Source: Gemmatimonadales bacterium
Lineage (GTDB): Bacteria > Gemmatimonadota > Gemmatimonadetes > Gemmatimonadales > GWC2-71-9
Assembly (NCBI GenBank): GCA_037189525.1
Contig: JBBCJC010000002.1
Span: 352,001-416,000 of the forward strand
Reading direction: 5' to 3'
Length of the DNA stretch: 64,000 nucleotides
The translations under genes were made by a program, and so were the position numbers. Below are positions 29,914-38,473 of this stretch, one piece after another. The notes under the pieces were generated by a model that was not told the origin of the DNA, made no database searches, and saw only the letters and a list, made by a program, of their open reading frames with translations. Every line of letters begins with the position of its first letter. Positions within the stretch are counted from its first letter, which is position 1.

Positions 29914-30482
29914 GCAACCTCCAGGCCCTCGAATCTCTGCTCCTGGCCCGCTCGCTGGCGTTCGGCGATTTCACCCTCTCCTCCGGTCAACGGTCTTCGT
30001 ACTACATCGACGCCCGCAAGACGACCATGTCGGCCGAGGGGTTGGAGCTGATCGGCCGGTTGGGACTGGACCTGATTCGTGGCTGTGGCTGGGCGCCGCG
30101 GTCGGTCGGGGGCCTCACCATGGGCGCCGATCCGGTCGCGTATGCCGTGGCCCTGGCCAGTCGCCAGAGCCCGCCGATCCTGGACGGGTTCAGCGTCCGG
30201 AAGGCGACCAAGGAGCATGGCACCAAGCGCCGAGTCGAGGGGAACTTCGACGCCGGTGATCAGGTGGTGATCGTCGAGGACGTCCTGACTTCAGGCGGGT
30301 CGGCCATTCAGGCGGTCGACGCCGTTCGGGCCGAAGGCGGCATCGTGCTGGGTGTGCTTGCGGTCGTCGACCGGGAACAGGGCGGGCGGCAGGCGATCGA
30401 GTCCAAGCAAATAGAGGTTGTAACTATTACTACTATTTCCCGCCTGGGCATCGACCCCACTTCGGGCAAGCGAATCGGCTGA
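29910..30482 (+). CDS. pyrE: Orotate phosphoribosyltransferase
   Basis: GDFTLSSG..SSYYIDAR, VRKATKEHG, VIVEDVLTSGGS; ATGA overlap with the kinase. Confidence 0.93.
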   Translation: MSNLQALESLLLARSLAFGDFTLSSGQRSSYYIDARKTTMSAEGLELIGRLGLDLIRGCGWAPRSVGGLTMGADPVAYAVALASRQSPPILDGFSVRKATKEHGTKRRVEGNFDAGDQVVIVEDVLTSGGSAIQAVDAVRAEGGIVLGVLAVVDREQGGRQAIESKQIEVVTITTISRLGIDPTSGKRIG

Positions 30483-30504
30483 CCCGTAAAGACCTCGCGA
30501 CAAC

Positions 30505-30675
30505 GACAACCAATGCGATGCCCATCCCGTTCAGGCGGGAGTCGTTCCGGTGTGCCCATCCGTCGGCCGGCGCCGCTCGAGCAGCTTGGACCAGGTATCG
30601 GGCCGAGCCTCGGCCGGCACCGCAACGCCGACCAGGTCGGGGGCCGGGCTCCGGTGAACGCCGTGCTTCGGGGGG
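30505..30675 (+). ncRNA. Candidate structured RNA, 6S (ssrS)-like; strand and ends uncertain
   Basis: ~170 nt that folds by eye into a long interrupted rod with an internal side hairpin. Confidence 0.45.
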
Positions 30676-31523
30676 CGACCCGGACGCCCGGCCACCAGCG
30701 GGTGGAATGCCATCCATTGGCGAACAAAAGGGACGATCAGCAGGGCAACGAAACGATCGATCGCACTGTCGAACGTAAAGCGGCGGCGGAACTCGCTGGC
30801 AGTAATCCCGAGCATGGCACGGAGATGCCGTCCGAGACTCTGGGGTGACGAGTAGACCAGGCGGTATGCAACGTCGGCGACCGACAACGCATCGTTCTCG
30901 AAGTACTGCGCTGCGTAAAGCAGGCGGATGGCGGCCATGTAGGTTTTGGGCGAGGGCAGGTTGGCGCGCTGAAACCGCGACATCAGGGTGCTGGGCCGCA
31001 TCCGTGCCTGACCGGCCAGGTGACGGGCAACCGGGGTAGTGGGAGCCACGCGAATCATGATTTCGAGGAAGAGCCTCGTATCGGCGGGCAGCTCGGGGAG
31101 CGCGGACAACACGCGCGCCGTAATCCGCGCCGCCGCCCGCGAGGCCGGCTCGGCCACGATTCGCCGGAGCCGCGACCAGCCCGCCGGGCCGGTCACGTCG
31201 ACCACGTGCCGAACCCCGGTGGCGCCCAACCGGAGCAGGGCTTCCGGGGCGTTGGGGTCCTGCCGGGTCAGGAGTGCCACGGTCGGGATGTCAGGGAATC
31301 GGCGGACCAGCTTGTCGATATCCTGGACCTCCGTACCTTGACAATCATGGATCGAGAAGACGATCGCGTCGACGGGTCGTTCCCGCACCGCTCGCAACGC
31401 ATCCGGCAGCGAGGGGCGGTGGACCACGGAAAAGCAGCCGAGACCGGCCGCTTCGAGGCTCGCGCGTTCCTGGACCGACACCACCGCCGCGACGGTGACA
31501 CCCGCTTGGTGCAGCAGACTCAT
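30531..31523 (-). CDS. AraC-family regulator with an atypical receiver-like N-terminal domain
   Basis: SVADVAYRLVYSSPQSLGRHLRAMLGITASEFR second HTH; N-terminal PVDAIVFS…IPTVALLT…LGATGV pattern. Confidence 0.8.
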   Translation of the reverse strand: MSLLHQAGVTVAAVVSVQERASLEAAGLGCFSVVHRPSLPDALRAVRERPVDAIVFSIHDCQGTEVQDIDKLVRRFPDIPTVALLTRQDPNAPEALLRLGATGVRHVVDVTGPAGWSRLRRIVAEPASRAAARITARVLSALPELPADTRLFLEIMIRVAPTTPVARHLAGQARMRPSTLMSRFQRANLPSPKTYMAAIRLLYAAQYFENDALSVADVAYRLVYSSPQSLGRHLRAMLGITASEFRRRFTFDSAIDRFVALLIVPFVRQWMAFHPLVAGRPGRPPKHGVHRSPAPDLVGVAVPAEARPDTWSKLLERRRPTDGHTGTTPA

Positions 31524-31633
31524 GGATTGCCCGACCTGGATAGGTCGAGGCAACGTCGCGAGACTGGCTCAACCTGGCGTCAACCGGCGGCCGAGACCGA
31601 AGCAACGCGAATGGGGAGCCTGGGCACACGATC

Positions 31634-34600
31634 ATGACCGCGGGACCGACCATGCCTCCGTCCGGTTTCGGCGACGCCTTCGAGCGCGCGCTGGGTCATC
31701 AGTACCGGATCGAACGCGAGATCGGGCGCGGTGGCATGGGCATCGTCTATCGCGCCCGCGACCTGACGCTCGATCGCCTGGTCGCCATCAAGGTGGTCCA
31801 TCCGGAACTGGCCGCGAATCCCACCATCGCGAGCCGCTTCCTGGCCGAGGCTCGGACCGTAGCCAAGCTGCGCCACCCGCACATCGTGACGATTCACGCC
31901 GCCGGCGCCGTCGACGGATACCTGTACTATGTGATGGATCACCACGAAGGCGAGACGCTGCGCCAGCGCTTGGTGCGCGAAGGACGGCTGACCCCGGAGT
32001 TGGCCATCCGTATTGCCGCCGACATCGCCGCCGCGCTGGATGCCGCCAGCAGCGCCGGCGTGGTCCACCGCGATCTCAAACCCGAGAACATCCTGCTCGA
32101 AGGTCCGAGCGCCGGGCCGCATGCGCTGCTGGCGGATTTCGGGATTGCGCACCTGGTGGACGGCGCCAGCCACGACACCGCGCCCGGCGGAGTGATGGGC
32201 ACGCCGTCGTACATGAGTCCGGAGCAAGCGGCAGGGGAGTCGCTCGACGGGCGCAGCGATCTCTATTCGCTGGGCATCGTGACCTACGAGATGCTGACCG
32301 GCAAACCGCCGTTCGTCGGCAACCACCGCGTCGTCCTCTCGAAGCAGATCCTCGACCAGCCTACGCCGATCGACGCCGTGCGCACCGATCTACCCATGGG
32401 ACTCGGTCCCGTGATCATGCGCGCACTGGAGAAGGTCCCGGACGCTCGGTGGGCAAACGGCAAGGCGTATCGGCGGGCGCTCACCGGCGAAGATGTCACC
32501 CCCACGCCGATACCGGCGCTGTCGCGCCCGCGTCGCCGGCGGCGGTGGGCAGCCATTGCCGCAGCGGTCGTTGCCGTGATGCTCGGCATAAGGGCATGGC
32601 TGCCCGGGCCGGCCGGTCCACCACCGGGCGTGAATCCGGATCATTCGGTGCTGGTCCTGCCGTTCGACAATACCCGCGCCGAGCCGGCGTATGATTGGCT
32701 CCGCGACGGTAGCGTCAACATGCTGTCGCTCACCATGTCGCAGTGGCACGACCTGACGGTGATCGATCAGGACCGGGTCCACGACCTGTTGGCGCGGGTG
32801 GGCCGTACCGAGGGACCGATCGGGCTCGAACTGGCCCGCCAGCTGGCTAGGCAGAGCGGGGTCTGGACCGTGGTGCTGGGTGACTACGCCCGGGTGGGTG
32901 ACTCGCTCCGTTTGAACGCGCGCCGGTACGATGTCGCCACGGGGCGGCGGATCGACGTGGTGGAGGTGACCGGACCCGCGACCGAAGACGTGCGGCCGCT
33001 CTTCGATGAACTGGCCACCCGGCTGCTCGACCTGACCGGCGCCCCCAAAGATGATCGCGCTTCGCTTGCCGCGGTCACGACGAGTTCGCTCGAAGCGTAT
33101 CGCAGCTACCTGCGCGGGGTCGAGGCGCTCAACCAGTGGCGGCTGACCGAAGCAAGCGAGGCGCTGACGGCCGCGGTTCGGCTGGACAGCACCTTTGCGC
33201 TCGCGAACTACCGGCTGGCCATTGCGCGCGGCTGGGTCAGCCCGGAGGACACGGTCGGGATGGCCGCCATCCGGCGCGCCGCGCGGACGGCCAGCCGCCT
33301 GCCGCCTCGCAAACGCGCGCTGATCGACGGCTATCGCACCTTCATCGAGGGCGACTACGATCGGGCCCTCGAAACCTATGCCACGCTGCTCCGCACCGAC
33401 TCGCTCGACATCGAGGCCTGGTACGGGAGCGCCGATGCCGCCTTTCACGCCGGCTACGACCGCGGCGACCTGGCGCTGCTCAACCGGTCGATGCGCGGCT
33501 TTCGCCGGGTCATCGCGCTCGACTCCGCGTTCGGCCTGGCCTATGAGCACATCGGCTCGACCCTGATCGATGCCGCGCGATCCGGCAACCGGATCCTGCT
33601 CGACATCGGCGACTCGCTCGTACCGCTCGGCCGTGATCCCGACTCGGTCCTAGTGGCGCGAGCCCGGGCGCGCGCGATCGATCGCGCGGTGACGTTGGCG
33701 GAAGCGTGGGCCCGTCGCCAGCCGAACACGGCGCGCGCCCATTACAACCTCTACAAGTCGTACCTGGCGGGGAACCGCACCGTCGAGGCCCGCCGGACCC
33801 TGAGCCGCCTGCGGCAGATGCACCCCGATTCGTCGCAGGGATTCTTCGGTCTGCTCGAAGCCCGGACCCAGTTCGTCGCCGGCGACATCCGGGGCTCGGC
33901 GCAAACGGTACGCCGCACCCTGCCGCAGTTGCGTCCCGCCGCCTTCGGCGATCTCGACCTGGATTTGAGTTCGCTGCTCGACATGATGACGGGCGTCGAA
34001 GCGCTCGGCTACGTCGGCGACCTCGAAGGGGCCGCGGAAATGATCCGGCTGGGCCGGAGCATGCGGAGCGAGCGGATCGACCAGCGCGATTCGGTCGAGC
34101 GGGTCCGGGAAGACGATCTCTGGGAGATGTCGCGCCTGGGCGTCCTCTACGGAGCAAGCGGCAGCCGGCCGGAACGGCTCCGCAGCTTGTGGACCCGGAG
34201 CCTGTCGCTGGTGCGGCGATCGACCGACGAGAAATCGACGGCCGACCTGACCATCATCACGCCGATTGCGGTGGCACTGCTGACGGGGCCGACCAGTGAT
34301 CCGTCGGGGATCCTCGAACTGGAGCGGCTGACCGGCCGGAAGAGCCCGCCCGTGCTGCGCGCGCTGATCGCGGCCAGGGCAGGGGACAGCGCCACGGCCG
34401 CCGCGCTCCTGGCACAAGCACCCACCGTGGATACCCCGGCGCCGGGCACCTTCAACTGGCGCCGCGCCATGGGCGACCCCCGCCCGATCGTGGCCGAGAC
34501 CTACTTCGAACTGGGCGACGCCGCGGCGGTCGTCCAGGTCCTGCGCACCTTCCAGCCCAACGAGTTCTCGACCGGGTCCTTCGATCCGCGCTGGATCCTC

Positions 34601-34783
34601 CTGCCGCGGGTTCGGCTCCTGCGCGGCCAGGCGCTGGAACGGCTGGGCCGCGCCGCCGAAGCGGGCGCCGAATACGAGGCGGTCGTGGCGCAGTGGGGTG
34701 GGGCGGACGAGGAACTGCTCCCGACGGTCCAGGTGGCGCGAAATCGGTTGGCCCGCCTGGCTGGTGCGCGCGAGGGCGTCTGA
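31634..34783 (+). CDS. Membrane Ser/Thr kinase with TolB_N/FlgO-like and TPR extracytoplasmic domains
   Basis: GRGGMGIVY, HRDLKPENI, DFG, GTPSYMSPEQ; TM helix after RRRRRW; SVLVLPFDN; TPR-like repeats. Confidence 0.9.
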   Translation: MTAGPTMPPSGFGDAFERALGHQYRIEREIGRGGMGIVYRARDLTLDRLVAIKVVHPELAANPTIASRFLAEARTVAKLRHPHIVTIHAAGAVDGYLYYVMDHHEGETLRQRLVREGRLTPELAIRIAADIAAALDAASSAGVVHRDLKPENILLEGPSAGPHALLADFGIAHLVDGASHDTAPGGVMGTPSYMSPEQAAGESLDGRSDLYSLGIVTYEMLTGKPPFVGNHRVVLSKQILDQPTPIDAVRTDLPMGLGPVIMRALEKVPDARWANGKAYRRALTGEDVTPTPIPALSRPRRRRRWAAIAAAVVAVMLGIRAWLPGPAGPPPGVNPDHSVLVLPFDNTRAEPAYDWLRDGSVNMLSLTMSQWHDLTVIDQDRVHDLLARVGRTEGPIGLELARQLARQSGVWTVVLGDYARVGDSLRLNARRYDVATGRRIDVVEVTGPATEDVRPLFDELATRLLDLTGAPKDDRASLAAVTTSSLEAYRSYLRGVEALNQWRLTEASEALTAAVRLDSTFALANYRLAIARGWVSPEDTVGMAAIRRAARTASRLPPRKRALIDGYRTFIEGDYDRALETYATLLRTDSLDIEAWYGSADAAFHAGYDRGDLALLNRSMRGFRRVIALDSAFGLAYEHIGSTLIDAARSGNRILLDIGDSLVPLGRDPDSVLVARARARAIDRAVTLAEAWARRQPNTARAHYNLYKSYLAGNRTVEARRTLSRLRQMHPDSSQGFFGLLEARTQFVAGDIRGSAQTVRRTLPQLRPAAFGDLDLDLSSLLDMMTGVEALGYVGDLEGAAEMIRLGRSMRSERIDQRDSVERVREDDLWEMSRLGVLYGASGSRPERLRSLWTRSLSLVRRSTDEKSTADLTIITPIAVALLTGPTSDPSGILELERLTGRKSPPVLRALIAARAGDSATAAALLAQAPTVDTPAPGTFNWRRAMGDPRPIVAETYFELGDAAAVVQVLRTFQPNEFSTGSFDPRWILLPRVRLLRGQALERLGRAAEAGAEYEAVVAQWGGADEELLPTVQVARNRLARLAGAREGV

Positions 34784-34800
34784 TCCCGTTAAATTGATAG

Positions 34801-35184
34801 GGTTGGGGTAGGGCGGGATGGTCGCGGGCCGGGCAACCGGTTCGAGGAAAGTCCGAGCTCCACCGGGTAGACTGCCAGGTAACGCCTGGGCGCCGTAAGG
34901 CGACGGACAGGGCCACAGAAAAGACACCGCCAACCGGGTTCGCTCGGTCGGTAAGGGTGAAATGGTGGGGTAAGAGCCCACCGCGCGGGCGGCAACGTCA
35001 GCGGCACGGCAACCCCCAGTCGGAGCAAGGCCAAATAGGCGGCAAGGTGCGGCCCGCACCGACCACGTCCCTCGGGACGAAGCCGCGGGTAGGCTGCTCG
35101 AGGTGGTTGGCGACAACCATCCCAGAGAGATGACCATCCGGGTCGCTTCGGCGATCCGAACAGAACTCGGCTTACGGCCCCACC
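34801..35184 (+). ncRNA. rnpB: RNase P RNA, bacterial type A
   Basis: GAGGAAAGTCCGAGCT, CCACAGAAA, GGGTGAAA…GGTAAGAGC, GAGCAAG.CCAAATAG, AACAGAACTCGGCTTA. Confidence 0.96.
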
Positions 35185-35274
35185 TCACCCCCCCGGCGTC
35201 CGTTCGGCATGCCGGGGGCGATTTGTCCCGGCCCATGGCGGTCGGTTCGGCTTGCTACGCACGAGGAGGTTGTC

Positions 35275-36069
35275 ATGCGATCATTCGGTTGGTTTGCTGC
35301 AATGGGCCCGCTTGCTCTGCTCGGCCTCTGGGCCACTGACCATGGCGCTCCCTCCACCACGCGGTATCGGATCGAGTCCAAGATGCACCAGGAGGTCGAT
35401 CTGAGCAGCGTCCAGCAGCCGAATCAGGTCACCAATACGGTCCAGGTCGCGATCATCTCGGTGACACTCACCGACACGGTCGGTGGCAAGACGCTCCATG
35501 TCGTGGTCGACAGTCTGACCACGGATTTGCCGATTCCCGGCGCGGCTGAGGTGGTTCAGAAGGCGAAGAACGCCTGGCTCCATGGCCTGGTCGACAACTG
35601 GGGCCGCACCAAGATCGTCAAAACCTCGGCCGACTCGAACGAGATCGTCGGTCAGCTCAAGGCCTCGCTGCAGCGCTTTTTCCCGGTGGTCAAACCGGGC
35701 GGCAAGCAGGGTGACAGCTGGATCGACACCACGCACGTCGATTCCAAGACGCCGGCGCAGGCGGTCAAGTCGACCACGGTCACCACTTATACGTTGGGCG
35801 GTGCGGCAGAGTACGGCGGCGCGGCAGCGACCAAGATCGACGCCGTGTCGACGACGACCGGCGCCGGCACGATCGAGAACCCGATGGCCGGACCCATGGA
35901 ACTCTCGCTGACCGACCAGGCCACCGAGGTCTTCTACGTCGGCGGCAACGGTCTTTTCCTGGGCGGAACCTCCCAGTCCTCGGTCAAGAGTTTCGTGACC
36001 ATGGCCATGGTACCCAATCCGATTCCGGTGACGGCCACCCGCAGCACTACGGTGACCGTCCACAAGTGA
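35275..36069 (+). CDS. Secreted hypothetical protein, beta-rich
   Basis: GAGGAGG RBS, signal peptide, GC3-biased codons. Confidence 0.8.
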   Translation: MRSFGWFAAMGPLALLGLWATDHGAPSTTRYRIESKMHQEVDLSSVQQPNQVTNTVQVAIISVTLTDTVGGKTLHVVVDSLTTDLPIPGAAEVVQKAKNAWLHGLVDNWGRTKIVKTSADSNEIVGQLKASLQRFFPVVKPGGKQGDSWIDTTHVDSKTPAQAVKSTTVTTYTLGGAAEYGGAAATKIDAVSTTTGAGTIENPMAGPMELSLTDQATEVFYVGGNGLFLGGTSQSSVKSFVTMAMVPNPIPVTATRSTTVTVHK

Positions 36070-36146
36070 ATCGGCCGGTCCGAGCCGCGTGACCCGAACC
36101 AGAGGCGTCCGATCCCGGGGTCGGACGCCTCACTGATTTGGCAGCC

Positions 36147-37046
36147 ATGACCTTACCCTCAGCCACGCCGACGTCGCCGGGTCCGAAAAAGCGGTCGTTC
36201 CTGCGCTGGATCATGCTGGGAACCGCAGGAGCCGTCGGGCTCTTTCTGCTGTGGTTGGTTGCGGTCTGGCCGCCCCCGCTCTGGTACCGCTGGTTCTGGC
36301 CGCGGGAAACCGCCTTCATGGCCATGCGGGCCAAGCAGGCCGACAGCCTGGCCAATCACGCGCAGCGACGCAGGCAAGCCGAGAACGGGGAGCTTCCGCG
36401 CCTCTATCAGCCGGTTCCGTTCGAGCAGATCACACCGAGTATGGCGCGGGCGGTAATGATCGCCGAGGATCATCGGTTCCTCGATCACGGTGGGATCGAC
36501 TATCAGGCCATCCGCGAGGCGATGGGATACCGGCGCGCCGACTTCGAGTGGGATAACGAGCGCGACCGCGCCGAGTTGCAGCGGGTCCTGAGTCACGCGT
36601 GGGAACGCCGTGACCGGATCCGCGGGGCCAGTACCATTACCCAGCAACTGGCCAAGAATCTCTACCTCTCACCCTCCCGGAATCCGCTCCGGAAGGTCAA
36701 AGAGGCCGTCACGGCGTATCGGATCGAAGCTGCGATGGACAAGACCCGGATCCTGGAACTCTATCTCAACGTGGTCGAATTCGGGCCCGAGATCTGGGGT
36801 GTGGAGGCTGCGTCGCAGGCCTATTTCGGTCGTCCGGCGGCGCGGTTGACGACAGAGCAGGCTGCCCAGCTTGCCGGAACCCTTCCGTTTCCGCTGCGGT
36901 CGAATCCGGCCTATCGACCGGGACGGATGCGCTGGCGGCAGCAATGGGTATTGCGCCGGATTCGCGGTGAGCGGGTGGTCATCCCGTCTCAGGACGATAC
37001 CACCGAGGCGCGGGATTCGGTGCCGCCCCAGGATTCGACCCCGTAG
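36147..37046 (+). CDS. mtgA: Monofunctional peptidoglycan transglycosylase
   Basis: AEDHRFLDHGGID, GASTITQQLAKNL, RKVKE, KTRILELYLN, WGVEAASQAYFG. Confidence 0.92.
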   Translation: MTLPSATPTSPGPKKRSFLRWIMLGTAGAVGLFLLWLVAVWPPPLWYRWFWPRETAFMAMRAKQADSLANHAQRRRQAENGELPRLYQPVPFEQITPSMARAVMIAEDHRFLDHGGIDYQAIREAMGYRRADFEWDNERDRAELQRVLSHAWERRDRIRGASTITQQLAKNLYLSPSRNPLRKVKEAVTAYRIEAAMDKTRILELYLNVVEFGPEIWGVEAASQAYFGRPAARLTTEQAAQLAGTLPFPLRSNPAYRPGRMRWRQQWVLRRIRGERVVIPSQDDTTEARDSVPPQDSTP

Positions 37047-37065
37047 TCTGGAGCAGTGAAAACGG

Positions 37066-37103
37066 ACGAGCGGCCGGCGGGAGACTCCCGACCGGCCGCT
37101 CGT
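37066..37103. terminator. Long hairpin between convergent mtgA and dnaN
   Basis: ACGAGCGGCCGG…CCGGCCGCTCGT. Confidence 0.7.
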
Positions 37104-37125
37104 GTAATCCGTCTTCCGAAATCCG

Positions 37126-38235
37126 TCAGTCCAGCAGGCGAAGCGGCATGACCAGGGTCAGGTAGCTCGCCGGGTCATCCCAACCCACCGGTTCGCAGGT
37201 CGTGGCCCGTTCGGGGGTCTTGAAGCTCATCCGGACCTCGTCGGTCGGCATGTACTTGAGAACCTCCAGGAGGTACGACGCGTTAAAGGCAATCTCGAGC
37301 GGATCGCCGTCGTAGGCGACCGTGATCTCTTCCTGCGCTTCACCCAGGTCGGGAGTGGTGACGGAGAGTTTGCACCCGCCATTGGCAAAGGCGAGCCGGA
37401 TCCGATGGGTCTGGTCGCTCGCCACGATGCTCATGCGACGAATGGCGGACGACAGCGCGGCCTTGTCGGCCGTCATCAGCTTGTCGTTCTCGCGCGGGAT
37501 GACCTGCTCGTAGTTGGGATACGGTCCCTCGATCAGACGGGTGAAGACCTGGGTCCCCGCCGACCGGAAGCCCAAGTGGTTGTCGCTCCGGGCAATCTCG
37601 ATTTCATCATCGGGATTGTAGAGGCGACGAATCTGCTCGAGCGCCTTGGGCGGCACGATCAGATCGGCCTGCCCGCCCGATCCGGTCAGGGGAACATCCA
37701 TCCGGGCCAGCCGATGACCATTGGTGGCCACCATCCGCATCCGGTCGCTCCTCAGCTCCCACAGGACGCCGTTGAGGATCGGACGGCTCTCCTCAGTACT
37801 CGCAGCAAATGCGACGTGGCTGATGAGCTTCTGGAGGTCTTTGGCGGCGACTTTCCAGGCTCCATCGAACTTGACGGCCGGGAAGGCCGGGAACTCGTCG
37901 CGGGAAAGACCCAGCAACTTGAACCGCGAGCGCCCGCACTCGATCTGGACTCGCTGCTCACCGGAGCCGGTGAAGCGGATTGCCGCGCTGGGAAGCTCGC
38001 GAACGATCTCGACCAGCTTCCGAGCTGGCAGCGTGGTGGCACCTTCCTGGTCGACCTGCGCCGGGATGATGGTGCTGACCGCGATATCGAGATCGGTTCC
38101 GGAGAGCCGGAGCCCGTCCTTGGTTGCTTCGACGAGGATGTTCGACAGCACGGGCAGCGTCGTCTTCGACGGAACGCTCGCAGCCACGGCGCCAAGTCCT
38201 TCGTGAAGTTTTTCTCGCGTTATGGTGAACTTCAT
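37126..38235 (-). CDS. dnaN: DNA polymerase III beta clamp
   Basis: TLPVLSNIL, GTDLD, RPILNG, VATNGHRLA, RLIEGPYPNYEQVIP, VMPLRL. Confidence 0.97.
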   Translation of the reverse strand: MKFTITREKLHEGLGAVAASVPSKTTLPVLSNILVEATKDGLRLSGTDLDIAVSTIIPAQVDQEGATTLPARKLVEIVRELPSAAIRFTGSGEQRVQIECGRSRFKLLGLSRDEFPAFPAVKFDGAWKVAAKDLQKLISHVAFAASTEESRPILNGVLWELRSDRMRMVATNGHRLARMDVPLTGSGGQADLIVPPKALEQIRRLYNPDDEIEIARSDNHLGFRSAGTQVFTRLIEGPYPNYEQVIPRENDKLMTADKAALSSAIRRMSIVASDQTHRIRLAFANGGCKLSVTTPDLGEAQEEITVAYDGDPLEIAFNASYLLEVLKYMPTDEVRMSFKTPERATTCEPVGWDDPASYLTLVMPLRLLD

Positions 38236-38473
38236 CGGATCACTCTCCCGACCAACACCAGGTTTTCACCACGGGATATTAGAAAACTATCCTGTATTTA
38301 GAAAACAAGTAGTCGTAGTAGAGAGGGAAAGATGTGGACGCGGCCACCAACTGGCGACACCACATCACTTTCCACTCCTCATCGACCTCATTTGCGATGT
38401 GTACGGTGCGGATTGCGGGGTAAAGTCGAGCGGAATATCCCCGGCCATCCACACCTCGCACATCATACCCACA
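38236..38473. other. Chromosomal replication origin oriC
   Basis: dnaA-dnaN spacer with degenerate DnaA boxes (38333, 38445, 38465), DnaA-trio-like run AAGTAGTCGTAGTAG (38307-38321) and an AT-rich element. Confidence 0.8.

Noticed and set aside
30423..30438. CTATTACTACTATT as DnaA-trios of a second origin
   Set aside because: It lies inside pyrE with no adjacent DnaA box; the dnaA-dnaN spacer fits oriC better.
30505..30700. tmRNA or SRP RNA (a CCACCA occurs near 30692)
   Set aside because: No T-arm GTTCGA/acceptor stem and no SRP helix-8 CAGG..GGAA..AGCAG motif.
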